A stretch of 49,900 nt of DNA from Mesotaenium endlicherianum (lineage: Eukaryota), in NCBI GenBank assembly GCA_009602735.1, contig WELA01001161.1:326776-376675 (forward strand), in the 5' to 3' direction. Positions within the stretch are counted from its first letter, which is position 1, and every line of letters starts with the position of its first letter. Shown piece by piece: positions 1-13,900 of this stretch. The translations under genes and the position numbers were made by a program. The notes under the pieces are model-generated. The model saw only the letters and a program-made list of their open reading frames with translations. It was not told the origin of the DNA and searched no databases.

Positions 1-421
1 CGTCATCCCCCCCCCCACTTGGCTCTCTCCTATCATCGCATATGCTGATGGATTGATGGCTGTGGCAGCGCAGGACAGCAATGGAGGTTGCATGCTTGGG
101 GATGCGCTCGTAGTGAGCCAGCCTTTCCTGTGGCGTCTTCCATGCGTGCCGCTCTTTGGGGTCAGGGCCGGGCTGTGTGATTCATGAGATGCCACCTGGC
201 GCATTATCCGAGGAGCCGGCCGCGTGTGGCTTTGCGTTGTCCTTGTGCCCTTATGCGGTGCTCTTCTTGTCCTTGCGTGGTGCGGCCACGTGGCCCCACC
301 TGGACTGACTCGAACGAGCCGCAGCCGCCCGGGCTCGTATATTGTATGTGTGAATGCACGTGCTTGCACGAACGTGACAGCACGCCTGCTATGCCATGGG
401 ACGAGGGGGGTGGTGATGCAG

Positions 422-1859
422 GGGAGTGGCATACGCGCGCTGACGTTCACGCCCGAGGGCCGCGCGCTCCTGACAGCTCCAGAGGACCAGCTCAAGGTGA
501 GAGAGGAGAGGAGAGGAGAGGAGGAGAGAAGGAGGCCCTGCTGGCCCCAGCCATGTCCTCTCAACCATCTCCCATCTCGTCCCATATGGCGCATACTTCC
601 CCCCTTTCCTTCCTCCCCCTTGGCAGGGTCCACCTAGAGGCCCTGGTCTTCCTGCCGGCCTGCTGGCTGGCTTCTCTCGAACGTGGGTCTTTGGAGGCAG
701 TGAAAGGAGAGGGGGAGAAAGGGGCGGGAAGAGCCTTTCACGCGCGTCGCCCCTTCCGCATTGAGCGGCTGAGCAGGCGCCAGTGTGGTCTGAAGGCAGC
801 CTGCCGGGTTGTGCCGCGCGTTGCGTTGCTGTCGAGGAGGAGGAGAAAAAGCGGCCGAGCCTGAGTGCGATGACGGCATGCTGCATGGCGCTTTGCGCGT
901 GAATGGGCAAGCTTGGCGACGAAGCTGCAGCGGCAGGGGCAACCTTGCAGTCCCTTGTAGCTCTTGCTTCTCTTCATGTCAGGCAAGGGGAGGATCGGGG
1001 GGAAGGGGGGGGGAAAGGGGGGGGGGGATGTGCATGTGTCTCTGCTTCATGAGTACAGTTACAACTTTCCTCTCTCTCTCTCTCTATCTTTTTCTGCCGT
1101 GCTGCCTCCCCACGCCCATTGCTCCAATTGCTCTGCTCGACGAAAGAGTGGAAGAGGGACGTCAGTGAGCACCTGTGCACGGGGCGCATGCGGTCTCAGT
1201 ATGGCGTGAGGGGAACAGCGCAAGCTGCCTGGCCCGACCTGACGCGGCGTTGCCACCTGTTCGTTTCTTTCCTTGGCCTGGGTGCATGCGCCTGCGTGCC
1301 TCCACAAACGGGACGTGGAAGCGCTGGCAGGTCTGGGGCTGGGAGCCCGCCACGTGTCACGACGAGGTCGACGCAGGGTGGGGCCAGGTGGCGGACATGA
1401 GCGTACACAACGGCAAGCTCCTGGCGTGCTCCTTCAGCCTCACATATGTCAGCCTCTGGTGCATTGACCTCCTGGTGGGTCCCGCCCCCCCTCCCCCTCC
1501 CCCTCACCCCCCCCTTTTCTCTCATTGGCCTCCCCTTGTCTGCATGATTCCAGTTCTGTCATCGTGTAGTGCCGTAGCTTGCTCTTGCACATGCATGAAA
1601 GTAGCTGCGAGGGAAGCAAGGTGTGGCGAGGGCAACTGCCAGGCCGTGGGACTGTGCAAGCATGTATGCGGGAGGTGAAGAACTCTGCAGACTTGCTGCT
1701 GCAGTCTAGGGGGAGTTGGGGGGGGGGGAGACACCCTCGTGCACCAGGCAAGCACGTTACAGCGGTGCCTATGGGAGTGGACACTGCTGCCCTAATGCAA
1801 TGACCTTGTCGTTGCTCTGCTGCAGCTCTGCCTGCCTCGTCCAGCAGCGCAGGGGGGGA

Positions 1860-1905
<46 letters not shown>

Positions 1906-2951
1906 CTGCGTGGAGTGATTGCCCGGAGGATGCGTGTGTCTGTGTGAGGGGTACATCCTGTGCCTGCCGCTGACACCTGTCATGTGTGGTGTTTGGGAGG
2001 GGGGGGGACCGCAAGCGCAGGCTGTGGCGCCGTATGCGCCGAGCTCCAAATGGGGCTCCACCAAGCTGGGCGGCGCCGGCAGCGGGGCCAGCAGCACTGC
2101 CAAGGGGGGGCCTGTTCCCAACGGCAATGCCGCCGCCGCCGCTGCTGCTGCTGCTGCTCCTGGCAAGATGCCGGGAGGCAGCGGTCCTTTGCCTGCGGCA
2201 GCAGGAGCAGGAGCGGCAGAAGAGCGCAGCTTCTCGGGGGGGGGNGAGGGACGTCAGTGAGCACCTGTGCACGGGGCGCATGCGGTCTCAGTATGGCGTG
2301 AGGGGAACAGCGCAAGCTGCCTGGCCCGACCTGACGCGGCGTTGCCACCTGTTCGTTTCTTTCCTTGGCCTGGGTGCATGCGCCTGCGTGCCTCCACAAA
2401 CGGGACGTGGAAGCGCTGGCAGGTCTGGGGCTGGGAGCCCGCCACGTGTCACGACGAGGTCGACGCAGGGTGGGGCCAGGTGGCGGACATGAGCGTACAC
2501 AACGGCAAGCTCCTGGCGTGCTCCTTCAGCCTCACATATGTCAGCCTCTGGTGCATTGACCTCCTGGTGGGTCCCGCCCCCCCTCCCCCTCCCCCTCACC
2601 CCCCCCTTTTCTCTCATTGGCCTCCCCTTGTCTGCATGATTCCAGTTCTGTCATCGTGTAGTGCCGTAGCTTGCTCTTGCACATGCATGAAAGTAGCTGC
2701 GAGGGAAGCAAGGTGTGGCGAGGGCAACTGCCAGGCCGTGGGACTGTGCAAGCATGTATGCGGGAGGTGAAGAACTCTGCAGACTTGCTGCTGCAGTCTA
2801 GGGGGAGTTGGGGGGGGGGGAGACACCCTCGTGCACCAGGCAAGCACGTTACAGCGGTGCCTATGGGAGTGGACACTGCTGCCCTAATGCAATGACCTTG
2901 TCGTTGCTCTGCTGCAGCTCTGCCTGCCTCGTCCAGCAGCGCAGGGGGGGA

Positions 2952-2997
<46 letters not shown>

Positions 2998-5150
2998 CTG
3001 CGTGGAGTGATTGCCCGGAGGATGCGTGTGTCTGTGTGAGGGGTACATCCTGTGCCTGCCGCTGACACCTGTCATGTGTGGTGTTTGGGAGGGGGGGGGG
3101 ACCGCAAGCGCAGGCTGTGGCGCCGTATGCGCCGAGCTCCAAATGGGGCTCCACCAAGCTGGGCGGCGCCGGCAGCGGGGCCAGCAGCACTGCCAAGGGG
3201 GGGCCTGTTCCCAACGGCAATGCCGCCGCCGCCGCTGCTGCTGCTGCTGCTCCTGGCAAGATGCCGGGAGGCAGCGGTCCTTTGCCTGCGGCAGCAGGAG
3301 CAGGAGCGGCAGAAGAGCGCAGCTTCTCGGGGGGGGGGCACAAGTCAGACTCCAATCTATCGGGCTCAGGTGCGCTTGCTGCTGCTGCTGCTGCAATGCA
3401 TCGCCATGCATCGCATTGCAGGAAGGCTGGTAGGCAGGCAGGGCCTCTGCTGCCTCCTCCTCCTCCTCCTCCTCACCACCAGCTCCATGTGCTTGTGTGC
3501 CTGTTATGAGCAGCGTGCGTGATTCCTGCGCAAAAGTGCGTGCGGGGGGTCTCCTTCGTGTGTCATTCAGCCTGCTCTCTGTGTGCGGGAAAGGAGTGCT
3601 TCCCCCCTACCCCAGTCTGGTGGCCACTCAAGTCTCGTGTCTTCTGTCTGGGGTCCCGTAGAGAGAGCAGCTTTCCCTGTCTCTGCAGACGCATGCAAGC
3701 TATTCATCATGCCTCCCCTTGTCTAGTGCTGACAAGGCGCATCAACGTAAATTAACTAATGAATGGGGGGGGGAGCAGATGCAGACGGGCCGCCAGCAGT
3801 GGCAGCGCCGAGCAGGAGGAAGGGTGCCGTTGCCGGCCTCAGCAAGGGGGCGGCCTTGCCAGCCCGCTCGCGAGGCTCCCCCTCCTCCTCCGCCAATCGG
3901 GAGCCTCCATCTGTCGCCGCTGGTGCGCCCTCCAAGGGGCCAGGGACACCTGTCCAGAAGTCGTTGTCCTCGGCAGCCGTGGCCAGGAAGGCAGGTGGCG
4001 CCAGCAGCCGCACGATTGAGCTGAGCAAGCCGCGCACGCCCAAGCTCAGCAGCAAGACAGCGGCGGGGGGGTCAGCTGGCAGCGGCGCGGCGAAGGCGAG
4101 CCGGCGGGCCTCGCTGGCGCCGGGGGAGCTGGCGCACGAGCTGAGCTGGAAGGAGCCCGACCGGAAGCCGGCGACCCCCCAGAGAGGTGCGTCCGCATCT
4201 AGACGCGCCTCCGTGGGGGGGAGTGGTCCAGGTGCAGGCGTGGTGCCTCAGTACTACTTTCCCCTCCACCATGAGCTGCCGCACTCACCCCCCCGGGAGC
4301 AGTCTGCAGATAGGCCCCACGGGAGTAATGCTGACGTAGATGCGATGCTAAGAAGCCTGGGGGCTGGCGCGAGCTCCAGCTCAGGGGAAGGCGACAGCTG
4401 GCAGAGTCCAGCAAAGATGCCGGGGAGCGAGCCAGAGACAGGTGTCGCTGAGCAGGAGGGTCCGTTCGGCTCGTCGTTTCCTGTGGAGAGTAGCTTGCAC
4501 CCGGGGGAGCCAAGTGTCAGTCAGCGGCGGCGCTCCATTGCCACCCCCCCCTTTGCGACACACGATGACATTACGCCCCAGGTGGTGTCCTCCAACGGGG
4601 ACGCGCACGCGTGCCTTCCTCAGCTGCCAGGCGTGCATGCAGCCGAGAAAGCAGTTGAGGGGACACACTCTGCCGCCCCTGCGGCCGGCGCTCTCGCGCA
4701 GCGAGAGTTCCCCCCCCACAAGGCGGCAGCAGCAGCAGCAGGAGGAGGAGGAGGAGAGCAGGGGGCTGACGGAGCGAGCCAGCTTGCGAGCAAGAGCGCT
4801 CCCTTCTGGTCCCGCACCACCTTCAGCCTCGCCCATCCCTCCCCCTCTCCTCCCGCCTCCCCCCCCTCTCACTACCCCACCTCCGCCACGCCCCCCTCCC
4901 CCCCGTATTCCCCGCTGGGCTCCTCCTCGACATCAGATCTTGCCGATCAAAGGGGGGTAGCGCATGAGCCCCTGGCCCTGCTGAGGACGAGCAGCGGCTC
5001 GGTGCAGGCGGGCGGCAGACCCGTCACTCCTCGCAGCCCGTCAGGGAGCTCCGTCGGACGCGCGACGCCGACAGGTGGCAGCGGCAGCGGCGACGGCGAT
5101 GCGTTTGAGAGAAGCCACACGGCGTCGCAATCGACCGCACCGGGCCCGGC

Positions 5151-5185
<35 letters not shown>

Positions 5186-8100
5186 GAGCAGCATCTCCCG
5201 AGAGGCACAAGAGCTCGAGTCCCCTCTCGCGGCCCCTCACGCCGCCCGACGCCGTATCGGCCGCGCGCAGCCACAGGCCCAGGACGCCTGGCAGTGGTGG
5301 TGGTGGTGGTGGTGGTGGTGGTGGTGGTGGTGGTGGTGGTGGTGGTGGTGGTGGTGGTGGTGGTGGTGGTGGTGGTGGTGGTGGTGGTGGTGGTGGTGGT
5401 GGTGGTGGTGGTGGTGGTGGTGGTGGTGGTGGTGGTGGTGGTGGTGGTGGTGGTGGTGGTGGTGGTGGTGGTGGTGGTGGTGGTGGTGGTGGTGNNNNNN
5501 NNNNNNNNNNNNNNNNNNNNNNNNNNNNNNNNNNNNNNNNNNNNNNNNNNNNNNNNNNNNNNNNNNNNNNNNNNNNNNNNNNNNNNNNNNNNNNNNNNNN
5601 NNNNNNNNNNNNNNNNNNNNNNNNNNNNNNNNNNNNNNNNNNNNNNNNNNNNNNNNNNNNNNNNNNNNNNNNNNNNNNNNNNNNNNNNNNNNNNNNNNNN
5701 NNNNNNNNNNNNNNNNNNNNNNNNNNNNNNNNNNNNNNNNNNNNNNNNNNNNNNNNNNNNNNNNNNNNNNNNNNNNNNNNNNNNNNNNNNNNNNNNNNNN
5801 NNNNNNNNNNNNNNNNNNNNNNNNNNNNNNNNNNNNNNNNNNNNNNNNNNNNNNNNNNNNNNNNNNNNNNNNNNNNNNNNNNNNNNNNNNNNNNNNNNNN
5901 NNNNNNNNNNNNNNNNNNNNNNNNNNNNNNNNNNNNNNNNNNNNNNNNNNNNNNNNNNNNNNNNNNNNNNNNNNNNNNNNNNNNNNNNNNNNNNNNNNNN
6001 NNNNNNNNNNNNNNNNNNNNNNNNNNNNNNNNNNNNNNNNNNNNNNNNNNNNNNNNNNNNNNNNNNNNNNNNNNNNNNNNNNNNNNNNNNNNNNNNNNNN
6101 NNNNNNNNNNNNNNNNNNNNNNNNNNNNNNNNNNNNNNNNNNNNNNNNNNNNNNNNNNNNNNNNNNNNNNNNNNNNNNNNNNNNNNNNNNNNNNNNNNNN
6201 NNNNNNNNNNNNNNGGGGGGGAGGAGGTCGGGGGGTCCTTGCGAGCATCTCTCTCTGCTGGATGGCTTCTGCCTCGGAAGGTTCCAGCCTCCTTTCCCTT
6301 GCGGTGTTCCAAAAGGTCCAAAAGATGAGCACTTCATTTCTCATGGAGAGAACACTGCTGTGCGTGGTTGCGTTGTCTGTATAAATGTATGTGTGTGTGT
6401 GTGCGGGCGCTCGCTCGCGTGTGCGATATGCGAGGGCTGCAGAAGGGGGGGCCAGCAGGGCGGGACGGCGGGCAGGCAGAACCGCTGAGGGACGAGGTGG
6501 TGATGGCGGAGCTGCTGGACCAGCACTACACCATGGGCAGCATCCTGCAAGCGCGCCTCACCAACTTGCAGGTGCCTCCCTCCCTCCCTCCCTCCCTCCC
6601 TTGCCCTGCCACCTCCTCGTGTTTTCTTTGGAATTGTTGGGGCAGAAGGGCCCCCCTCGCCTGATCTCGGTTGGGGAGAGGGGGCGTGTCTGCAGCGAGC
6701 AATCATCTGGCAATAATCGTCCGCCTTCTCTGTCTGCTCTCCTTCAGTCTCCTTCACTGGCCTCAGCGCCTGTTGCCTTGCCATGCGACTGATGGTCATT
6801 GGCTGTTACTTGCGGGTGTCGCGGCACAACGGCGGGCGCAGGCGATCAGGACGTTCTGGGCGCGGGACAACGTGAAGGGGGCCTTGGAGGCCATGGAGAA
6901 GCTGCAGGACCAATCCGTAAACCACCCTCCCCCTTGCTCCCTTCCACTCTCCATCCCCTTCATCCGCCCCTTCCCCTCTCCCTCCCTCCCCCACCTCCCA
7001 TTCCCCCTCCCTCCCNNNNNNNNNNNNNNNNNNNNNNNNNNNNNNNNNNNNNNNNNNNNNNNNNNNNNNNNNNNNNNNNNNNNNNNNNNNNNNNNNNNNN
7101 NNNNNNNNNNNNNNNNNNNNNNNNNNNNNNNNNNNNNNNNNNNNNNNNNNNNNNNNNNNNNNNNNNNNNNNNNNNNNNNNNNNNNNNNNNNNNNNNNNNN
7201 NNNNNNNNNNNNNNNNNNNNNNNNNNNNNNNNNNNNNNNNNNNNNNNNNNNNNNNNNNNNNNNNNNNNNNNNNNNNNNNNNNNNNNNNNNNNNNNNNNNN
7301 NNNNNNNNNNNNNNNNNNNNNNNNNNNNNNNNNNNNNNNNNNNNNNNNNNNNNNNNNNNNNNNNNNNNNNNNNNNNNNNNNNNNNNNNNNNNNNNNNNNN
7401 NNNNNNNNNNNNNNNNNNNNNNNNNNNNNNNNNNNNNNNNNNNNNNNNNNNNNNNNNNNNNNNNNNNNNNNNNNNNNNNNNNNNNNNNNNNNNNNNNNNN
7501 NNNNNNNNNNNNNNNNNNNNNNNNNNNNNNNNNNNNNNNNNNNNNNNNNNNNNNNNNNNNNNNNNNNNNNNNNNNNNNNNNNNNNNNNNNNNNNNNNNNN
7601 NNNNNNNNNNNNNNNNNNNNNNNNNNNNNNNNNNNNNNNNNNNNNNNNNNNNNNNNNNNNNNNNNNNNNNNNNNNNNNNNNNNNNNNNNNNNNNNNNNNN
7701 NNNNNNNNNNNNNNNNNNNNNNNNNNNNNNNNNNNNNNNNNNNNNNNNNNNNNNNNNNNNNNNNNNNNNNNNNNNNNNNNNNNNNNNNNNNNNNNNNNNN
7801 NNNNNNNNNNNNNNNNNNNNNNCCTCCCTCCCTCCCTCCTTTTCCTCCCCCTTCCCGCCCGTGCTGCTGCTCTTCGAGAATCCAAGTCATTTTAGGGATC
7901 CGTACAGGCTACAGCTGGCAACAGGTCCGTTGGCCAAGCAAGCGAGGCCCGCTGAAAAGTGGACCGCAAGTGCCACGCAAGCGCGGTTGTGGCAGGCCCG
8001 GCGTTGCGCTTCTGACTGACATGCGGCGCTGGCTTGCGGGCACCCCGGACGGCAGGTGATGGTGGACGTGCTGAGCGTGGTGGCAGAGCAGCGGCACACG

Positions 8101-8274
8101 TTGCTCACGCTGGACTTCTGCTGCCTCCTCCTGCCTATGCTGCACACGCTCCTGGCCAGCTCGCACGACAGGTGTGTGTGTGTGCGTGTGTGTGTGCGTG
8201 TATGTGCGCATACCTCCTGCACCCCCTTGCGCCTCCTCTCCCAGGTCTCTCCATCGTGCACTCCTGATGTCAGA

Positions 8275-8305
<31 letters not shown>

Positions 8306-9997
8306 ACAGGAGCAGTAGAGCATGCATCCATCTATCAAAGCATTCATCGGTGCATCCACTCCTTCTTTGTCCGTTTGTCTGTTCTCATATTGTACTGTGT
8401 GCGCCACGTCAGCGGTGGTGCGCGCATGCAGAGATGATGTGGGCCTGCAATCCGTGGCTTCCCCCCTCAAGTTCTGCGATGGCATGCGTATTTTCCACTC
8501 AACGCCCCTCGTTGTGCCTCGCTTCTTCCTACAGCTTCTTCATCTAAAGCTCCCGCCAAACTCAATCGCCCCTCCTACTAGCGCAGTGTGCTGTCACCTG
8601 CCTGGCTCCATAACAGCCGTCCTTCGGGGGCTCTCCGTTTGCCGTGAGCACAAGAAGGGGCAAGCACTGGCGTGATGCAGCAGTGAGCAGGTGTCGAGAT
8701 TTCCTGGCTGTCCATGCCCAGTGCAGCGTGTAGAGTCCGCCACGAGCCTTGATTTTTTCAGTGTGGTTGCGTGTGTTCCTTATATTATGAAGGCGCGCTT
8801 CTGTCGATCAAGTGCTCTTTGTGCTCGGCTGCAGGTTGCCTCTCTTTGGCCCCTCCGGTATGTCTTCGAGGAGGCACCTTGGCAGAGCCCGATGCCCGAT
8901 AGCAATCACTTGAGAGCTCGTGCGAGAAGTCGTTTACGTCCGTTTCCTATCTAATCCTCCTCCGATCTCTAACCCCCCTCTCGGTTTGCATCCCCTCTTC
9001 TTGTCACGTGAAGGTATCGAGCGACAGCGCTGGCGATGCTTTTGGTACTCCTCCACAACTTTGGCGGCGTCATACACGCTGCCAGGACGGCTCCCCGCTC
9101 GCCAGGTGTTGACGTGCAGGCTGAGCACAGGTTCGTGCTAGCCAACGGCAGTGCAGACATCCAATTTATCGTCATGAGCCTCCCTTGCTGCGCGCACTTG
9201 CTTTTAAGCCTTTGAGCCTGGCCCTGACATGTGTCCTGGTCACAGGCATGCAGGTTTCCTTTCAGGGACTGCCGTTCCCCTTCTTTCTGCAGCCTTCTTG
9301 CATTCTGCAAATATTCAGTTAGTCAGTCGGTTGCTTATGGTACTACCCTTTGCATCTCGTTTCCTCTGTCAGCTTGCTGCTCTGTCTGCCAGTATGCGCG
9401 AAGCTTTGCAGCCTCTTGCTTGCCGTCCTCTGCAAAGTGATTACTTGCTTCGTGTTGGGCTCCCAGAACTTGATATGCTGTCTTTCATGTGTATTGCTGC
9501 TGCTGCTGCTGCTGCTGGTGGTGGTGGTGGTGGTTGATGGACCGGCCTCCGTGCATGCATGTGTGCAGACTGGAGCGCTGCAACTTGTGCTATGAACGCC
9601 TCCAGGGCCTCAAGCCGCAGCTCGAGGGCCTCCTGCGGTAGGGCATCGCGCCTTCCATGCCCATTTGCTCCTGCTCTGAGTTTTTGTGCGGGGGGAGGCA
9701 TGTCCACCTGTTGTGTCATTGTCGCTTGTTCTAGAATGCACACATCTGCTCATCAACTGTCGCTTGCTAGCAATGCATCCTCTCAATAATTTGTCTGAGT
9801 TTGTTTGAGTATGGACATGGACAGAACGCGCGCACTTCATGTTGCATGCAGTGGCTGGGTGGCCTTACCAGTATGGCCTTTGTTCTTCTGGCTCCTGGTC
9901 AACCTGTTCTGTTTGCCCATGTTTGCTGGTTTGCAGGCGAGGAGGAGATAGTCTGGACATAGCCGTGGAGGTGCTCAATGGCATCCAAGCACTCTAA
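422..9997 (+). CDS. KTN80: Katanin p80 WD40 regulatory subunit B1 homolog, 5'-partial (upstream exons lie outside the window)
   Basis: Spliced exons: 422-496 (GSGIRALTFTPEGRALLTAPEDQLK), 1331-1474 or its duplicate 2423-2566 (VWGWEPATCHDEVDAGWGQVADMSVHNGKLLACS, the last WD40 blades, resembling plant p80), 3114-3369, 3779->5494 (long Ser/Pro/Gly/Ala linker running into a gap), 6443-6571 (ELLDQHYTMGSILQARLTNLQ), 6842-6916 (AIRTFWARDNVKGALEAMEKLQDQS), 8056-8171 (VMVDVL...TLDFCCLLLP), 9014-9130 (GVDVQAEHR), 9569-9637 (LERCNLCY), 9937-9997 (stop TAA). The C-terminal exons match the con80 katanin p60-binding domain. GT-AG boundaries and phases are consistent; the junction across gap 5495-6214 cannot be seen. 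Confidence 0.9.
1154..3337. repeat. Near-perfect 1.09-kb tandem duplication (1154-2244 / 2246-3337) joined by a single N; probable scaffolding artefact
   Basis: Offset of 1092 bp. The copies appear identical except for one G-homopolymer length. The junction is a lone N at 2245, and copy 1 breaks off mid-exon inside a G run. Confidence 0.9.
1861..1902. repeat. (TG)n microsatellite in a katanin intron (duplicate at 2953-2994)
   Basis: About 21 TG units read directly. Confidence 0.95.
5296..5493 (+). repeat. (GGT)n trinucleotide run, in frame as poly-Gly in the katanin linker exon, running into an N gap
   Basis: About 66 perfect GGT units ending at the gap that starts at 5495; the true length is unreliable. 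Confidence 0.85.
5495..6214. other. Assembly gap (others at 2245, 7016-7822, 22688-22724, 28695-29361, 38808-39370, 39670-39719, 46314-46352)
   Basis: N runs, mostly flanked by G/C homopolymers or GGT repeats; all lie inside genes. Confidence 0.99.
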
Positions 9998-10936
9998 CTC
10001 TTGCACCATCTCATCACGTACAGTTGCGGCCAGCGAAGGAACCAACTCGGATGTGTAATTATTATGGGAACTTGCAGAGCAAGCAATCTTTGCTCTAGGA
10101 GTATAAGCTTCTGCTTCGAATTTTTGTTGCACAGTGAGCATTAGCAGTAAGCCAGTTGATGCTCACAATTCTTGAGTGTCCACCCAAACAGGAAGTCTAT
10201 TTATACACAATGTAATGCAAGAAGTTTTTTCATACATCAGTCCAAGTTTGTTAACCAGCTTCTTGATGTGTTTCAGGAGTTTGGTATGTACCTGTATCTG
10301 CTGATAATGCCGCACGTGAAAAATCTTACACTAGTCATGGAACAATCACCGCTGTACAAATTATTCACCCAAGTTAGTTGTTTCTTGAACAATCAAATTA
10401 GAACAAAGAAAGTTTACCTTCTCACAATGAAGTCTCCCCTGCCACAAACAACATAAATAATCTCATATAAAATCTAACGGAACATATTACAGACAAGTTG
10501 TTGCACCCAGAATGCATAAGCAGCACATATATCTACTGGTTATACAGCAAAAAGCCTGATGTGAGGTATGTGAACTGTCAGAAGTGCACCCACCGCGTAC
10601 ATGTAGTCCACTTTCAAGGTTTTGAGATATCACCAAATCAGAAGTGCAACTAAGCTGGCGGGGTACCTTAGCCAGCAAGTCTTTTGCATAATGGATAAGA
10701 ACAGTTAAGCTTCCTACCAAAGAGTAGGCAGGAAGACTATGTAACAGACTTTTGTAAAGCTACAATGTATAAACTACAATGAACCTCTTAGTATATATAC
10801 AACAAAGGCCTTGAATTATAAAACCAGCTATGTGCAAAGCGCAACCTTTTTGTTGCCCATAATTTCCTCCAGGGGGCTTAGCGTGGCTGTCGAGGCAGTA
10901 TAAGAGTTGGAAGAGCTTGCAGCCAATCATAACAGC

Positions 10937-13900
10937 CTACTGTAGCTGGGGGCCTGCTTCAAGAATTTGCTTTGTAAGGTCAGCATCCCCGCCAACGGTG
11001 TATTCTGTGAACTTCTCAAAGTTGGAGATGAACAGTCCCGCCAGCTTACTCAAGGTTGAATTGTAAGATGCCTTGTCAGCCCACTGCAGAGCACCGAGCA
11101 TCAGATTGCACGAATATCGGTTACTTTTGAAATACACTTCATATGCAAATACACCATTTCTTCCGACTGAGATTATAGGGAGAGAACAACCATGCAAGCA
11201 CTGTCAGATACAACACAAAGTGCAACTAAGATTTTAGTGAGGGAACAACCATGCAAGCACTGCCGGTGCAACACGAAGTACCACCACCACCACCCCTTTC
11301 TCCTCTGCAGGGACACCAAGACTATAAGATACCTAAAAGTACCTGGCCCTGAAAAAGTTTCGGTCTTCTGGAGGACAACAAGGCCTGCTCCTAGCTGTAC
11401 AATCAGCTATCGACTAGGGCAGGTTTCACGGCGAGAACCTCAAAAGGTTCAATTGCACGGTAGCAAGCGATTACAGGCAGATTGAGTCCCCCAGTGAGGG
11501 CAAGCAAGCAAGCGTACCAGGTTCTGAGGCTGCAGCAGCTCAGAGGGCACGTCGGGGACCTCCACCGGCACATGCAGGTTGAAGATGGGTGTGGTCGTGT
11601 ACTCCGCCTGGAGCAGGGAGCCGTCGTGGATGGCGTCGATGATCCTCCGCGTGTGCCTCAGCTTCATCCGCTGCCCCGTTCCGTAGCTGCACCACACACT
11701 CTCGATCACAATCAGCTGCAGGCTCAGCCCTTTGTCACTCTACAGACCAGATGTGCCCAGCTAATACTATTCACAGGAAGTTGAATAATGCCATATCCTC
11801 TGTAATCAACTCCTGCATATCCATCAGGCACACTCCACATCGCTCCTACTCATTATGAACTACCTGTAGTGAACACTACTGCTGCTGACGCCCAGCTTCA
11901 GCCTCCCACTTCCCTTCCCCTTGACGACCATAACCACTCATCCTCCCCCGTACGACGATAAGAGTTTTGAGTAGGATACATTTGACCAGCGGGAGAGAGA
12001 GGAATTCGATTCGCACCTGCCGCCATACCAGCCGGTGTTGACCAGCCAGGCAGTGGCGCCGTGCTCCTGCATTTTCTGGGCCAGCATGCCGGCGTACTTC
12101 GTTGGATGCCACATGATGAAAGCCGCTCCAAAGCAGGCGGAGAACGTGGCCTGGGGCTCCTTGATGCCGTCCTCAGTGCCGGCGACCTGTCATTATGGAG
12201 GTCAATGCATGAGCGCTGCAGTTCATGTAGCTTCTCATTCTCCGCAAAATAATTCCTGAGATAAATGTACACGCAGGCTGGACTTAGAAACAATGCGCTA
12301 CGTGATGACAAATTAGACTTCAAGGTCACAGCATCAGTAGCAGCTGGTCGGACGTTGCTCAAGGTCGGTCTTTAAATATAAACTGCAGTGCGGTTTCACT
12401 TCAATATCAACTACCAGCTGCAACAGCTGTCGCGACGACCGCAAAACCCTTACCAATGCGGTGTAACCGCTGATGAAGTGATACATGGTCTGGGGAAGCG
12501 TCAGCTTGCTGACAGGTGGCAACACCCCGAACGCATCGCAAGCCAGTAGGATGACGTTCTTGGGGTGAGGTCCAACACACGGTATTCTGGCATTTGGGAT
12601 GAACTCGATGGGGTACGCCGCACGTGTATTCTCTGCTCACAGAAAGCATGAATTGGACAGTTAGATAAAACTATCAGTATATGACCACCTACACCTTATT
12701 ACCTGCAGAGAATTTGGCGCTGGTCAATGGCTGTGGGTGGTGACGATGTAACTCTACTTTAACACAGAACCAACTGGCAGATCTAGCAAGCTGCCAGCTG
12801 AAACTTGAAGGTGAAGAAGAATATGGAGGACTGGACAACCCCCACCAAAGAAGAAGAAAATTACACAGAAAACGAAAGGCTCTATGCAACCCTGCACTGA
12901 AGTCAAGAAACTCTCCCGAATGCTTAGTGAGCTTGATAGGGTATAAGGAATGAACATGACTCACCAGTCACAGACTTGTCGTAGAAGTCAATCTCCCTGG
13001 TGTGCTCCTCAAAGACCACGTTCTCCACGACTGCAAACATTTAACATTTCAACCCATGCAGCTCCACATATGAGATAGAGGCTCCAGACTGAGGCTGCAA
13101 CAAGTTAGAGGCTACTTAGTACACTACTGTGTACTATAAATCACAATAAATATCACAGCAAATTCCTACAACCACACTTATCCTCCGTTACCCAGCCTGC
13201 ATGTGATTGTTTCCATCACCAATATTGGACACACTGATGCTCGAGGAACAGGAACTCAACGAGTTGATATAATAATATAACTGTATGACCAATATGGCAA
13301 AGATAACGGGGCATACAGGAAATCAAGCTAGTGTACCAGCCCATTTTCTTCAATGCAAACAACTGACAACAAACACGAGTACAGTTCTGAAACAAGAAGT
13401 TTTGCGACACTTAGCAATTGGGCCTTACCTGTCCCGAACTTGATGGCATTGAAAATGTCAGGCTCTCTCTCAGCTGACAGGTCGATGCACTTGGCATAAC
13501 ATCCACCCTCGATGTTGGACACTCCGTTGTTTGTCCAGCAGTGCTCGTCGTCACCAATCAGCTCCCTATTGTGATCGGTGGACAAGGTCGTCTTACCGGT
13601 CCCTGCGAGGTACAAGGATGATACCCAGCTGGTGAGCAGGCCGGCCTGGCTACTCCCCCATTTACTGAAAGCTGATGTAATATGTAAAGTGTACACATTG
13701 ATTGTCCCTCATATAAAACACTTATTTGTGTAGTATCCACCCCTATGTACTCCCTGAAGCTGAGAAGCAAATAAATTCCAGCATAAGTGGGGGCACACAG
13801 AAGATTACTACTACCCAGCCTTGTACTAGTTGCAGGACCTTCTGCCGGCAGTATAAATATTTGCATCTTTTTACGTGGTCAGGATTCTCACCAGAAAGGC

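Noticed and set aside
184..3755. Numerous overlapping 60-230 aa ORFs on both strands
   Set aside because: GC-rich, stop-poor intronic or antisense sequence; only the frame-consistent katanin exons are supported.
4947..8059. Long ORFs with poly-P/T/H/V and X runs
   Set aside because: Artefacts of the GGT repeat and of N gaps lacking stop codons.
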